Assembly: GCF_032062105.1 (NCBI RefSeq)
Contig: NW_026933462.1
Location: 186,001-250,000 of the forward strand
Reading direction: 5' to 3'
Length of the DNA stretch: 64,000 bases
From: Saccostrea cucullata
Taxonomy: Eukaryota
Under the pieces are notes generated by a model. That model was given only the letters and a program-made list of their open reading frames with translations, was not told the origin of the DNA and did no database searches. Within the stretch, counting starts at the first letter, position 1. Every line of letters begins with the position of its first letter. Below, piece after piece: positions 63,783 through 64,000 of this stretch. The position numbers and the translations under genes were made by a program.

Positions 63783-64000
63783 AGAAGATGTGTTTGTGAA
63801 ACACTGATGCCCCCGTATGGCAGCTTAAGACGAAGGTTTAATTCTGTCAAATGCATGTCAAGTAATAACAGGAAGAAGGAAAGATTTTCAGAAATAATAC
63901 ATTTTCAAGATATAATCATTGGATCCCCACCCTTATACAAAAATTCCTGGCCCAAAGGCCATGAAATTCACAATTTTTCATTGATTGATAGTATATTGCT
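63783..64000 (-). mobile_element. End of another helentron, running off the window
   Basis: AAGATGTGTTTGTGAAACAC hairpin plus ATGCCCCC, followed by a repeat unit similar to that in 19323-21226. Confidence 0.6.

Overview
This is AT-rich eukaryotic DNA with spliceosomal introns. The repeat repertoire (helentron-borne 146/156-bp satellites, Ngaro, L31-like and Penelope-like elements) suggests a bivalve, probably an oyster; this is inference. I found no ordinary host gene: the window is a deeply nested cluster of transposable elements. From left to right: (1) a PIF/Harbinger element (308-5121, ACT target-site duplication, TSD) with a spliced DDE transposase and a decayed Myb/SANT gene; (2) a decayed ISL2EU-like pair, a YqaJ exonuclease gene (+, 5174-19263) facing a THAP gene (-, ~26575-27280). 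The last YqaJ exon is split by a 9.5-kb TTAA-flanked terminal-inverted-repeat (TIR) element that carries an almost intact hAT; (3) a 5-exon hAT5-type element with 5-bp TSDs, plus two MITEs with 5-bp TSDs; (4) a 23.4-kb piggyBac whose last intron holds a tandem dimer of an Ngaro-type tyrosine-recombinase retrotransposon (gag, RT-RNase H, YR, SGNH hydrolase, split direct repeats); (5) a Gypsy LTR/PBS/gag remnant; (6) three copies of a MULE-type MITE with 9-bp TSDs; (7) a DD37E (L31-like) Tc1/IS630 element with a second SAM + Cys/His ORF; (8) a C2H2 zinc-finger fragment and a Penelope-like RT fragment. The most unusual signal is a ~78-nt tandem array in the Ngaro 3' non-coding region. Its units fold on the sense strand into box D/box C kink-loop hairpins with compensatory base changes, making it a candidate structured-RNA module.
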